Assembly (NCBI GenBank): GCA_963805085.1
Contig: CAWDTA010000003.1
Coordinates: 64,001 to 128,000, forward strand
Source: an uncultured Veillonellaceae bacterium
Lineage (GTDB): Bacteria > Bacillota > Negativicutes > JARBTT01
DNA length: 64,000 nt
Direction of reading: 5' to 3'
Within the stretch, counting starts at the first letter, position 1. Every line of letters begins with the position of its first letter. This document shows positions 31,894 through 42,008 of the stretch, piece by piece. The notes under the pieces were generated by a model. It was not told the DNA's origin, searched no databases, and was given only the letters and a program-made list of their open reading frames with translations. The position numbers and the translations under genes are program-made.

Positions 31894-33021
31894 TTAAACG
31901 CCGATTAAGGCTAAGATAATACCACCAGAGATTGCTGTTCCAAACACACCAGCTAGGTTTGGTCCCATTGCATGCATGATTAAAAAATTGTAGCGGTTTT
32001 CTTGTAATCCGACTACATGAGATACACGTGCTGCGATAGGTACGGAGGCAATTCCAGCGGAGCCAATTAATGGGTTGATTTTACCACCGCTTAATTTATT
32101 CATGATTTTTGCGCCAATGATACCAGAAGCGGTACCAAAAACGAAAGCAACTAGACCTAAGATGATAATGAGCAGTGTTTTAAAGTTCAAAAATAAATCC
32201 GCATTCATTGTTGAGCCGATGGCTACAGTTAAGATTAGTGTTACGATATTCAGTAATGTATTGGCAGCTGTTTCGGCTAAGCGATCTACTAATAAACATT
32301 CTTTTAGTAAATTACCGAGCATTAGCATGGTAATTAAAGGGGCTACTGGTGGTAAGAAAAGATTAACGATGACCGAAATAACGATTGGGAAGACGATTTT
32401 TTCGAGCCTGGAAACATATCTTGGTTGTTCCATAATAATGTTTCGTTCTGCTTTTGTAGTTAATAATCTCATAATTGGTGGTTGAATGAGTGGCATAAGC
32501 GCCATATAAGAATAAGCAGCCACTGATATCTGAGGTAATAAATGTGGCGCTAACTTCATGGTTACGTAAATTGCCATCGGTCCATCTGCACCGCCGATGA
32601 TGCCGATCGCACTTGATTCTGCTAAGGTAAATCCTAATAGTTTTGCACCAATTAAGGCAACGAAAATGCCTAGATGGGCAGCCGCACCTAGAATAACTAA
32701 ACTGGGATTGGCAATCATTGGTCCAAAATCCGTCATTGCACCGACCCCTAAAAAAATAAGCGGTGGAATAATGAGAAGTTCTACACCTTGATATGCATAA
32801 TGAAATAATCCGCCTGGTTTTATCAGATCAGAACCTGGTACATTGGCGATGATACAGGCTAAGCCAATGCCAACTAATAGAAATGGCTCATATTTTTTGG
32901 CAATCGCTAAGTAAAGTAAAATGCCACCAACGACAATCATAACAATGTTGCCCCACCAAAGCTCAGTTAAACCTGTTTGCAACATTAAATCATTCATCAA
33001 TGAAGCTATTTGTTCGTACAT
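31894..33021 (-). CDS. Na+-translocating decarboxylase beta subunit (OadB/MmdB/MadB family)
   Basis: GVGAMTDFGP, IGIIGGADGP, AAYSYMAL, INPLIG, MHAMGPN. Confidence 0.93.
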   Translation of the reverse strand: MYEQIASLMNDLMLQTGLTELWWGNIVMIVVGGILLYLAIAKKYEPFLLVGIGLACIIANVPGSDLIKPGGLFHYAYQGVELLIIPPLIFLGVGAMTDFGPMIANPSLVILGAAAHLGIFVALIGAKLLGFTLAESSAIGIIGGADGPMAIYVTMKLAPHLLPQISVAAYSYMALMPLIQPPIMRLLTTKAERNIIMEQPRYVSRLEKIVFPIVISVIVNLFLPPVAPLITMLMLGNLLKECLLVDRLAETAANTLLNIVTLILTVAIGSTMNADLFLNFKTLLIIILGLVAFVFGTASGIIGAKIMNKLSGGKINPLIGSAGIASVPIAARVSHVVGLQENRYNFLIMHAMGPNLAGVFGTAISGGIILALIGV

Positions 33022-33060
33022 ATAAATTCCCCCAATAAAATTTCTAATAAATAGAGTATG

Positions 33061-33210
33061 TTAAAATTCATCTTCTTTCACTTCACCTAATTTATTTAAC
33101 AAGGGAAATAGATATAAAATGACTCCGATACCAGCAATAAAAATAAAGCTTAAAAAAAAGTCGATGATACTTAGTAGAGCTGCTCCTTCGATGCTATCTG
33201 GTATTTTCAT
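33061..33210 (-). CDS. 49-aa single-TM protein, not in the ORF track; gamma-subunit-like candidate
   Basis: MKIPDSIEGAALLSIIDFFLSFIFIAGIGVILYLFPLLNKLGEVKEDEF with AAGGTGG RBS; fills the gap between the thioesterase and the beta subunit. Confidence 0.75.
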   Translation of the reverse strand: MKIPDSIEGAALLSIIDFFLSFIFIAGIGVILYLFPLLNKLGEVKEDEF

Positions 33211-33226
33211 TTTTCGCCGCCACCTT

Positions 33227-33652
33227 TTATATTTTTCTATTTGTTAAAAATCTTGTGCGTTGTTTAGCTTTTTTTAATAAAGCCTCATGGTTAACGACCA
33301 TTCTTTTGTGGATTCCATGACCAACTTCGCCTTGGTCATCCCAAGCTTCAATTTGTAAAATGACTTCGTGATCGTTTATCTCAATGATAGAAGCTTTGAC
33401 TGTGATTGTCATGCCCAAACTAGTGCTGGCTGTATGAGTAAACTCTGTGGAATAACCGATGCTAATGAAGCCATCCGGTAAATACTGATCTACGGTTTCA
33501 ATCGAAGCCTTGATCGCCATACCTACGCAGGCAGGTGTTGCCAATAACTCATTTAATTCTTTAGAATAGTTACTCGCAGTATCTGACTTTTGAACAACTT
33601 GCCGAATCATTGCATTTTGCCCAATCGATAGGATATTTCTTAAATCAAACAT
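33227..33652 (-). CDS. Hot-dog thioesterase (FlK-like)
   Basis: LATPA, SIG...FTHTA-TSLGM, VGHGIHKR. Confidence 0.8.
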   Translation of the reverse strand: MFDLRNILSIGQNAMIRQVVQKSDTASNYSKELNELLATPACVGMAIKASIETVDQYLPDGFISIGYSTEFTHTASTSLGMTITVKASIIEINDHEVILQIEAWDDQGEVGHGIHKRMVVNHEALLKKAKQRTRFLTNRKI

Positions 33653-33849
33653 AATAGATACCTCCCAAAATATTTTGTAGTTATATATCGATATATAAAT
33701 AAATAATATTTGAATGTTCTGGAATTATTTCACATTCTCATTTTAACGCCAAATGACAAAAAAAGAAAATAATAAATTGGAATGTTTTGATGCCTTTAAG
33801 ATATCGTTTTTAGGTACTTCTCAAGAATTTTCATCATAAACTATAAAAA

Positions 33850-33864
33850 TGTGATTTAATCACA
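33850..33864. promoter_or_regulatory. Crp/Fnr-type palindrome upstream of trxA
   Basis: TGTGATTTAATCACA, upstream of TATAAT; related site at 36071-36085. Confidence 0.6.
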
Positions 33865-33931
33865 GAAAAATTTTTGAATTTGGATATAATAAAACTATAA
33901 TATAATTTAAACTGTAAAGGGGTTTTAAATA

Positions 33932-34246
33932 ATGAGTGTATTAACAATTACAAAAGAAAATTTTGAAGATGAAGTCTTAAAATCTGATAAACCGATATTA
34001 ATTGATTTTTGGGCAGAGTGGTGTGGACCTTGTAAAATGTTATCACCGATTGTAGATCAAATTGCCGGCGAAGTTACCCAAACAGCGAAGGTTGGTAAGG
34101 TAAATGTTGACGAGCAGCCAGAACTTGCCTCACAGTTTAAGGTGATGAGTATTCCGACGCTTGTTATGATCAAAGATGGTAAGCCTGTGGCTACATCTGT
34201 TGGGGTAAAACCGAAGGACGATATTTTGGCAATGCTAAACCAATAA
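33932..34246 (+). CDS. trxA: Thioredoxin
   Basis: WCGPC, SIPT. Confidence 0.96.
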   Translation: MSVLTITKENFEDEVLKSDKPILIDFWAEWCGPCKMLSPIVDQIAGEVTQTAKVGKVNVDEQPELASQFKVMSIPTLVMIKDGKPVATSVGVKPKDDILAMLNQ

Positions 34247-34909
34247 TTTTTCTAGCTTAGTTTTATCAAGCAATGTTACTTCACCGCGAGCAAGCTTGAC
34301 GATCCCTTCATTGGCAAAGTATTTGAGCATACGGGAAACAACTTCTCTCGCACTGCTGATGTATTTGGCAATTTGCTCGTGACTAAGGTGAAGCGTGGTG
34401 GAGTTTGTATTCGTCGATTCCTTTAATAAAAAAATTGCTAGCCTTTTGTCAAAACTCATGAATAGAATTTGTTGCATTGCCCACATAACATCAGAAAACC
34501 GATCAATGGTATCTTTATAAGCGAAGTTTTCAACGTATATATTTTGATGATATAATTGCTCAAAGATAGCGGTACTAATTAAAAAAGCTTCGCTGTCGAC
34601 TTCAGCATCAATATGAACGGCAAACGTTATATTTTCTAAGATACAAGAGGCCGAAAGTATGCATATGTCGCCAGCACTAAGACGATAGAGGGTAATATCT
34701 CTACCGTCTTCTGATAAGATATAGGTTCTGATTCCGCCACTTCTGATAATTAAGACGCCGATGCAATCTGTTCCGCTACTGTGGATATGTTCTCCTGATT
34801 GATAGTTTACAGAAGTTATATTGTTTAATATTAAGTTTTTTTCAATTTCATTTAAGTTATCCCAAAAAGTTAACGTGTTTGTTATTAAATTACGATCTAC
34901 TGTATTCAT
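34235..34909 (-). CDS. Crp/Fnr family regulator
   Basis: cNMP-type domain (GRDITLY, CILSASC) and HTH AREVVSRMLK. Confidence 0.9.
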   Translation of the reverse strand: MNTVDRNLITNTLTFWDNLNEIEKNLILNNITSVNYQSGEHIHSSGTDCIGVLIIRSGGIRTYILSEDGRDITLYRLSAGDICILSASCILENITFAVHIDAEVDSEAFLISTAIFEQLYHQNIYVENFAYKDTIDRFSDVMWAMQQILFMSFDKRLAIFLLKESTNTNSTTLHLSHEQIAKYISSAREVVSRMLKYFANEGIVKLARGEVTLLDKTKLEKLLV

Positions 34910-35152
34910 GACATTCGCTCCAATCGCAAATTGATTATTTTAAGTAAGAATATAAATAGAAAAATAGTAGTACATTTATTTCAAAATAGGTGATGAGAAA
35001 TATTACAGTGGATGTTGCCAAGAAAGCATTGAAGCTTAAAAAATCATACCATAATTTTACTACAGTTATCGTTGCTTATAAAGAAATAATAAAAATATAA
35101 CCTATCGACAACAATCTATGTCTAGATCGTGTCTATAGGCTATATTTTTTAT

Positions 35153-36010
35153 TTAATGTTTTTTAATATATTTGATCGCTTCTCTACCAGCCATTGCTCC
35201 CTCGTAAACAGCTTTGGCTATTTGTAACATACCGCCAGTACAATCGCCAGCAGCATATAGTCCTGGCAAATTGGTTTCCATTCGTTCGTTGATAACAATT
35301 TTTGTTCCGCTTGTTTGTGCTCCCAATTTTCTAGCTAAATCATCACTACCAGCAACACCAACTGCGATGAATACACCACTGAGGGTTTGCGTCGTATCAT
35401 CTTGGAATTTAACAGAATCGAGGACATCAGTACCATGAAAGGCAAGCAATTTTTTTTCATTCACGTTAATGGTCTCAGGAATTGTTACTTTAGGATTCGC
35501 ACCATTGGTCAGTAAGGTGACCGATTTTGCTAGTGGTAAAAGTGCCTGCGCTTCATGCAAGGCATAATGTCCATCACCTAAGACTGCAACATCTTTACCA
35601 CGATAGAAAAAGGCATCACATTCTGCACAATAACTGATACCACGTCCTTCAAAATTCGTTAGTCCATGGATTACAGGTGCTGAACGAGTGGAGCCAGTAG
35701 CGAGTATGACACTGGTGGCAGAATATCGTTCGTCGTTGGTTTTGATCAGGTAGTTATTTTCATATGAAATTCCAACGACTTCACTTGTGATGAGCGTCGC
35801 ACCTAGCCGCTTTGCTTGCTTGATACCTGTTTGTATTAATTCTTCTCCACCAATTGGTTGTTCAAAGCCGTAATAATTTTCTATTTTATCAGCTTTGCTT
35901 AAGGAGCCAAAGTCACGACCAATGACTAAGGTCTTTAATCCACCTCGACAGGCATATAAAGCAGCAGAAATACCAGCAGGACCATTGCCAACAATGATTA
36001 CGTCAAACAT
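35153..36010 (-). CDS. trxB: Thioredoxin reductase-like flavoprotein
   Basis: GNGPAG, ILATG, GISYCAECD, YAAGD; start MFDV after GAGGTG. Confidence 0.85.
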   Translation of the reverse strand: MFDVIIVGNGPAGISAALYACRGGLKTLVIGRDFGSLSKADKIENYYGFEQPIGGEELIQTGIKQAKRLGATLITSEVVGISYENNYLIKTNDERYSATSVILATGSTRSAPVIHGLTNFEGRGISYCAECDAFFYRGKDVAVLGDGHYALHEAQALLPLAKSVTLLTNGANPKVTIPETINVNEKKLLAFHGTDVLDSVKFQDDTTQTLSGVFIAVGVAGSDDLARKLGAQTSGTKIVINERMETNLPGLYAAGDCTGGMLQIAKAVYEGAMAGREAIKYIKKH

Positions 36011-36204
36011 AGTAAACACCTCATGATTTTCAATATATTTTTTATTATAATAGATACTCTGCATAAAATCTGTAATTTGGTCACCAAAGAGTGTAGGAAT
36101 CTAACAAAGTTAGAAACGAAAAAAGTCCAGAATCCTGAAAGATTTGGACAGAGGACTTTTCTTGAATGGTAGTGATGTTATTGTTGAAAGTAAATTTTGC
36201 AAAG

Positions 36205-36561
36205 TCAAAAAATTTCGGATTTAATATAATTTTTAATAATGTAATAGTTAATGATTATATGTTGTATCTTGGTGAAATCTTTATAAGAATAGCGATACAA
36301 TAAGGTAGTATCAGTTTTAAATCTTTTCAAGAAATTTTCAAAACGTTTATCTGTCATTTTGGGCAAAGAACGAATAAATTTTTTTACTTTTCGCTCTTGA
36401 TTGAAGGTTAAAAGGTGTTGAATCACAAGCTCAGAATATTGATTTTCTAGGTCTTTATAGCTATATATAAATTTTGTTTGAGTATATGGAGCTTTAAATT
36501 TTTCGAACCATGTTTGAAAGCGTTCATTACTCATTCGATATGAACTTTTACGATTACGCAT
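36205..36561 (-). CDS. Basic hypothetical protein with an internal duplication
   Basis: GAGG RBS; two MxxxRF..F..FK...YSYKD units. Confidence 0.6.
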   Translation of the reverse strand: MRNRKSSYRMSNERFQTWFEKFKAPYTQTKFIYSYKDLENQYSELVIQHLLTFNQERKVKKFIRSLPKMTDKRFENFLKRFKTDTTLLYRYSYKDFTKIQHIIINYYIIKNYIKSEIF

Positions 36562-36844
36562 TTAGTTACCTCTTATCAATTTAATTTATTTTCAAAATTT
36601 CTTGAATTATAAAAATAAAAATACTACAGCATTTATAGAAAACTTATGTATTAAATGGATATTCATATTATTGCTTGCGACGAAGCATTGTATACCTAGT
36701 GAAAGTTATAGATGAGAGATTTTCGCGAAAAATTAAAAATAAAAGTACAGTTTGTTCTTTGCGGGAAAATCGCTTCTAGTGTATATTTAAATTTATAAAG
36801 GTAAAAATTGTGCTTTTAAGATAATTTAAGAAAAGGGGAAAATA

Positions 36845-37066
36845 ATGCTTCAAAATGATCTAGGTAAGACTTTAATTTATATTGGATTAATAATTGTGGT
36901 GATTGGTCTAATTCTGCATTTTGGTGGTAAACTTATTCAATTTGGCAAATTACCAGGTGATTTTAAATGGGAAAGTGGTAACTTTGGTTTTTATTTCCCT
37001 TTAGCTAGTTCAATTATTATTAGTATCATATTAACAATACTAGTAAATTTATTTTTGCACAGGTGA
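36845..37066 (+). CDS. DUF2905 membrane protein
   Basis: GKLPGD...FYFPLASSIIIS. Confidence 0.88.
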   Translation: MLQNDLGKTLIYIGLIIVVIGLILHFGGKLIQFGKLPGDFKWESGNFGFYFPLASSIIISIILTILVNLFLHR

Positions 37067-37193
37067 GATAAAGTTTAAATAGCTAGAAAAGCAATGGCAG
37101 ATATACTCAAATATTTTTTTGAGTATATCTGCCATTGTTTTGGAGAAAATTTATTTATGTAAGTTTTTTTGATCTATTTAGATTTAAGAGAGG

Positions 37194-38150
37194 ATGATTG
37201 TGATGCTTCCCCGTGGAGCCAATTTACAACGAATAAAAAATGGTAAGAAAACCTACGCCATTACGCCTCATCTGCCTGGGGGTTTTGTTACACCAGAACG
37301 ACTCGAAAAATATGCGAATGTCGCCCGTAAATATCATGGTGCGTTAAAATTGACCTCAGCGCAGCGAATTATGATCACAAATTTGCAAGCTGAAGACGTC
37401 GAAGCAATTTGGCAGGAACTTGGGATAGAGCCAGCAATCGGTTTTGCAAACTGTGTGCGTAGTGTTAAAATTTGTCCTGGTACTACTTTTTGTAAACGAG
37501 CCAAAAAAGATAGTGTAAAGATTGGTCTCGAATTGGATAAAAGATATATAAAGAAGGAAATGCCATCACGTATGAAAATAGGTGTTTCTGGTTGTCCTAA
37601 TTCTTGTTCTGAATCAGTAGTGAAAGATATCGGTCTTATTGGTACCGAGCAAGGCTGGGACGTTTATGTTGGTGGCTCAGCTGGCTCTCACCCACGTTTA
37701 GCTGAAAAATTAATCGGTGACCTATCTGATGATGAGGTATTGGTTGTTGTTGAGTATATTATGAACTATTATCAAGCAAATGCCGATATTGAACGCCTTG
37801 GTAAATTTATTGATCGTATTAGTTTTGCAAAATTTCAAGAGGAGGTCTTGGAGAAGTATACGAATAAAAGTAAAATCGAGACTGGTAAAGTGCGTGTAAA
37901 AAACAATGAGTTTGCTCCCCTGCCGGGTGGTTTGACAGAAGGAACTTTAGCTATAGGTGATGATATTACGGCTGATAGTATTGTAGCTGATATTATTCGA
38001 ATTTATCCCAATACGATTCCGGCGTTACGATCCTTGGGCCTTGGTTGTTTAGGGTGTCCATCAGCTTCCGGTGAGCCAATTCGTCAAGCTGCTGAAATAC
38101 ATGGAATTGAGCTTGATCAGTTAATCAAAACATTAAATGAAAAACGTTGA
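37194..38150 (+). CDS. Nitrite/sulfite-reductase 4Fe-4S/siroheme-type domain fused to DUF1858
   Basis: TSAQRI, VKICPGTTFC, VSGCPNSC; C-terminal GLGCLGCP...E..AAEIHG. Confidence 0.82.
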   Translation: MIVMLPRGANLQRIKNGKKTYAITPHLPGGFVTPERLEKYANVARKYHGALKLTSAQRIMITNLQAEDVEAIWQELGIEPAIGFANCVRSVKICPGTTFCKRAKKDSVKIGLELDKRYIKKEMPSRMKIGVSGCPNSCSESVVKDIGLIGTEQGWDVYVGGSAGSHPRLAEKLIGDLSDDEVLVVVEYIMNYYQANADIERLGKFIDRISFAKFQEEVLEKYTNKSKIETGKVRVKNNEFAPLPGGLTEGTLAIGDDITADSIVADIIRIYPNTIPALRSLGLGCLGCPSASGEPIRQAAEIHGIELDQLIKTLNEKR

Positions 38151-38159
38151 GGTGATCAT

Positions 38160-38813
38160 ATGAGTGAGTCTTTAGCACAAATACATCATTGGTTATTTAA
38201 TAAAATTAAAATTGTAAGCAATCGCGAAAATTTACTAATGAAAAAGTTCCAAGATCATGCCGATATTGTTGAAAGCGTCAGGGAAATGGCCAACCAAAGT
38301 GTTGGAATCAGCTCTTTTAATCAGGAACTTGAGCAAATGATTGACCATAATAATATTCATCAATGGCTACAGCGGCAAATAAATCTTGTCGAGGCAAGAG
38401 AGGCATATATTATTAAAGAATTGATCAATATGATTGGTAATGACATTCGTGTTACGATGGAAGAAACTTTTAAAAAAGATGGCTTTAGTTACGGAAAAGA
38501 AGCAGTTACGTTTAGTAAAGGAGTAAGTACAGCTCCAGAGCTTTATCAAACATTAAATGATTATTATTTAAATGGTATGCCTTGTGATAAATGTGATTTA
38601 GTGAAACAAATATCACCTAATATCATGATTTGGGAAAATGAGCAGTGGCAGCAACAGGTAAATTGGCAACGGGTAGGCGCTGATCATAGTAAGATGGAAG
38701 AACTTTATCTTATCTGGCTAAAATCATTCATAACGGGAGCTAATTGTAGTTTCAGTTTAGAATTTAATAAGAAAAATTCAATAAATATTTTCACCTTGAA
38801 AAAATCAGATTAA
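38160..38813 (+). CDS. Conserved hypothetical protein, co-operonic with the upstream gene
   Basis: LAQIHHWLFNKI, IDHNNIHQWLQ, LNGMPCD. Confidence 0.75.
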   Translation: MSESLAQIHHWLFNKIKIVSNRENLLMKKFQDHADIVESVREMANQSVGISSFNQELEQMIDHNNIHQWLQRQINLVEAREAYIIKELINMIGNDIRVTMEETFKKDGFSYGKEAVTFSKGVSTAPELYQTLNDYYLNGMPCDKCDLVKQISPNIMIWENEQWQQQVNWQRVGADHSKMEELYLIWLKSFITGANCSFSLEFNKKNSINIFTLKKSD

Positions 38814-38948
38814 ACATAATTGTGAAAGAAAGCTTGGATAAACGATAAATTACCAGTAGCGTTTATCTATCTGAAAAAATATTAATGCAAAAAATCCCGT
38901 ATTGTAGAATGAACTACAATACGGGATTTTTATCATAGACTATTGAAT

Positions 38949-40367
38949 TTACCAATAACCGAGAACTTTCCACCATACACCACCGACACCGACCCAGATA
39001 ATGATGTGCATGATTGAGACACCAAAACCAATTTTCCACCAATCTGCTTGCGTAACATAACCAGAACCAAAATAAACTGGAGCTGGGCCTGTACCAAAAT
39101 GCGTTAAACAACCGCAGATATTAGAAGCAAGTGCTACAACAAAAGCGGAAATAAATGGTGGAGCACCTGAAGCTACGCCTAAGGTGATTAGAGCAGCATA
39201 CATTGCCGTTACGTGAGCTGACATACTAGCAAAGAAGTAATGACTATACAAGTAAATTACGAAGGATAATACTACCGCGGTAAGCATGCCTACACCAACC
39301 ATTTGGTTTTCTAATATCTTAGCAAACCAACCGATAAAACCAGTTTTATTGAGGTAATCAGACATTAAGATAACACTACCAACCCAAATTAAAGTATCCC
39401 AGGCTCTCGTTTCTTTTATTACATCTTTCCAAGTTAAAACTTTAGTCGCGAGTAAGATACATAATCCCAGAAAGGCAATTAAAGTGCCGTCTAGCTTCGT
39501 CATCGAAGCTGTAGCCCAAAGTATTAATAGCATAATAAATACAAAGAACATAATTTTTTCATTCTTGGACATTGGTCCCATTTCTTTTAAGACATTAGCG
39601 GCCATTGTTTTTGCTTCAGGCGTGTTTTTGATTTCAGGAGGATAAAATTTGTAAATTGCGTAAGGAATACCAATTAACGCAACAGTACCAGGAACCACAG
39701 CAGCGATAAACCAACCCATCCAAGTGATATCCACATCTAAAACTTTTTTCGCCATTGCAGCAGCAATTGGATTACCAACCATTGCTGTCATAAACATTGC
39801 AGATACAACGAGGTCAATATGAAAGACCGAAGTTACTAGAAAAGCACCGATTTTTCTAGCAGATTCACCTGGTTTTGAATCAAAGGCTTCAGCTAAACTT
39901 TGTACAATTGGGAAAACAAGACCACCAGCCCGCGCTGAGTTAGATGGAATTGCAGGCCCGATAATTAAATCACTTAAAGCTAAAGAATATACAAGTTTCA
40001 GACTGCTATCACCAAAGGATCGCATTGCCATGTAAGCGATCCTTCTGCCTAGACCAGTAATGATAAAGGCTCTAGCTAAAATGAAGGCGGAAACGATCAA
40101 CCATACAGTACCGCCACTGAAAGCGGTTAATACTTCACTGAATTTTAACGTATAAGTTAATGAACATGTGACAATTGCAATTAAAGCTACGGAACCAGCT
40201 TCTATTGGTTGTAAGATAAAACCAACTACTGTACCCATAAAGATTGCGAATAAGTGCCAAGCTTGAGGTTTTAACCCTTCTGGCACTGGGTAAAACCATA
40301 AAATAAGTACAATTCCGACTGTTAATATGGCAGCAGGTATTTTGCTTTCGCCAAAAAGTTTTTTCAT
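38949..40367 (-). CDS. DASS-family di/tricarboxylate transporter (CitT-like)
   Basis: TGLGRRIAY, PSNSARAGG, HYFFASMSAH, THFGTGPAP; GAGGAG RBS. Confidence 0.92.
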   Translation of the reverse strand: MKKLFGESKIPAAILTVGIVLILWFYPVPEGLKPQAWHLFAIFMGTVVGFILQPIEAGSVALIAIVTCSLTYTLKFSEVLTAFSGGTVWLIVSAFILARAFIITGLGRRIAYMAMRSFGDSSLKLVYSLALSDLIIGPAIPSNSARAGGLVFPIVQSLAEAFDSKPGESARKIGAFLVTSVFHIDLVVSAMFMTAMVGNPIAAAMAKKVLDVDITWMGWFIAAVVPGTVALIGIPYAIYKFYPPEIKNTPEAKTMAANVLKEMGPMSKNEKIMFFVFIMLLILWATASMTKLDGTLIAFLGLCILLATKVLTWKDVIKETRAWDTLIWVGSVILMSDYLNKTGFIGWFAKILENQMVGVGMLTAVVLSFVIYLYSHYFFASMSAHVTAMYAALITLGVASGAPPFISAFVVALASNICGCLTHFGTGPAPVYFGSGYVTQADWWKIGFGVSIMHIIIWVGVGGVWWKVLGYW

Positions 40368-40444
40368 ATGCACTACTCCTCGTATAATAAGTTTTGTAAA
40401 CAATAATCCGCCATTGTTTACAAAACTTATTTTTTATTTTTTAA

Positions 40445-40712
40445 TGCTTAAAGGAATCCCTTGATGCTAAAATATTTCTAAGAGATTTTAGCAAAGGTAA
40501 CGTCTTATCCTCCTTGCGAAACCTTTTGGTTATTGCTTTTAAAGCTTGACGCCTGCCTTATTCATCAAATACCGCTTACACAGATGTTGCGTCTCTTGGC
40601 GAAAGCTTTCCAGCAAATTTACTTTCACAGATGAATGCTTATTATGCGAGGCTGCGGTCAGTGAATAAGATCAGGGTATTCCTTTTCTATCTTTCTTATT
40701 CTCAGCCAGAAA
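40445..40712 (+). ncRNA. Candidate IS110 bridge RNA
   Basis: Non-coding region, more GC-rich than the flanks, downstream of the predicted junction promoter. Called on position only; loops not mapped. Confidence 0.5.
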
Positions 40713-40727
40713 GGTGGTGACATTTCT

Positions 40728-42008
40728 ATGAAGAAGGCGGATCTTCTTTCTACTTTGTTTGTGGGAATTGACATAAGTTCCCGCGAAAATGTCGTTTGCG
40801 CTATTGATTTTGAAGAGCAAAAACTGTTGCGATTTACTGTGCCCAATAATCAACCAGGTGCAGTTGAAATGGCTAAAAAGTTTCATGATTTTTTTTCTGA
40901 AAATCATGATCTTAATAAGCTGGTTGTTGCCTTAGAATCTACATCTTTCTATGGTATTCACATAGCTAACTACTTATCTTCCTGTGAATTATTGATGCCA
41001 TTTGACACTCATGTTTACTGTATAAATCCCAAGATGGTTGCCAATTACAAAAAGTCTTATATCGGTCTAGGCAAAACTGATGCAATTGATTCTTTTATTA
41101 TCGCTGATTTTGCTAGAGTTGGCAGAATTACCTCTGCTCCTTGGCGCGGCAGTCAATTTTTAGCTTTGCAGCGTCTAACTCGCCATCGATTACATATAGC
41201 TCGTTCTCTTACTCGTGAGAAAACCTATATGCTTTCAAACATCTTTCTTAAATTTAGTGAGTTTTCTATTCTCGACGATGATAAGCAGCCCTTTTCTAAT
41301 AACTATGGCGCTGCCGCTTCTTCGGTTTTAACTGATTTTCTTTCTACCGAAGATATCGCTAACATGCCGATGGCAGCACTAATTGAACACATTTGTAAAA
41401 AAGGCAAAAATCGTTTTGCAAATCCTGAACACACAGCTTCTTTACTACAGCAAGCCGCTCGCAATTCCTACCGATTGGATAAATGTTTATACGAGCCTTT
41501 AACTATCTCTATCGCCTCATCATTTAACCTTATTTCAGCCTATGAATCTGAAATGAAGGCTATCAATAAGGCTATTGAGAAAACGCTTCGGGGACTTGAT
41601 CCTAACGCTTACCAAAGCCTTTTATCCATTCCTGGAATTGGTCCGGTTTATGCTGCTGGCATTATTGCTGAGATTGGTTCTATTGAGGCCTTTAAGTCTC
41701 AGGAAGCTCTTGCTAAATATGCTGGTCTTGTCTGGCGTGAAAACCAATCTGGCAATTTCAGAGCCGATGATACCATCCTTTCAAAAGCTGGCAATACTTA
41801 TCTCAGATACTATTTAATTGAAGCTGCAAGCCATGTAAAGAATCATTTAGCTGAATATGCAGCTTTTTACCAGAAAAAGTATGATGAAGTTAAAACTCAT
41901 CAGCACAAACGCGCACTCGCACTTACTGCTCGTAAATTCATCCGGCTGATTTTTGGATTGCTGGCCAACCATCAGCTTTACTCTCCAAGTAGAGTAAGCC
42001 AAATTTAA
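40728..42008 (+). CDS. IS110 transposase/recombinase
   Basis: VGIDIS, LEST, KTDAID (DEDD), SIPGIG, AGL...NQSG, GNTYLR, ALARK-like. Confidence 0.95.
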   Translation: MKKADLLSTLFVGIDISSRENVVCAIDFEEQKLLRFTVPNNQPGAVEMAKKFHDFFSENHDLNKLVVALESTSFYGIHIANYLSSCELLMPFDTHVYCINPKMVANYKKSYIGLGKTDAIDSFIIADFARVGRITSAPWRGSQFLALQRLTRHRLHIARSLTREKTYMLSNIFLKFSEFSILDDDKQPFSNNYGAAASSVLTDFLSTEDIANMPMAALIEHICKKGKNRFANPEHTASLLQQAARNSYRLDKCLYEPLTISIASSFNLISAYESEMKAINKAIEKTLRGLDPNAYQSLLSIPGIGPVYAAGIIAEIGSIEAFKSQEALAKYAGLVWRENQSGNFRADDTILSKAGNTYLRYYLIEAASHVKNHLAEYAAFYQKKYDEVKTHQHKRALALTARKFIRLIFGLLANHQLYSPSRVSQI

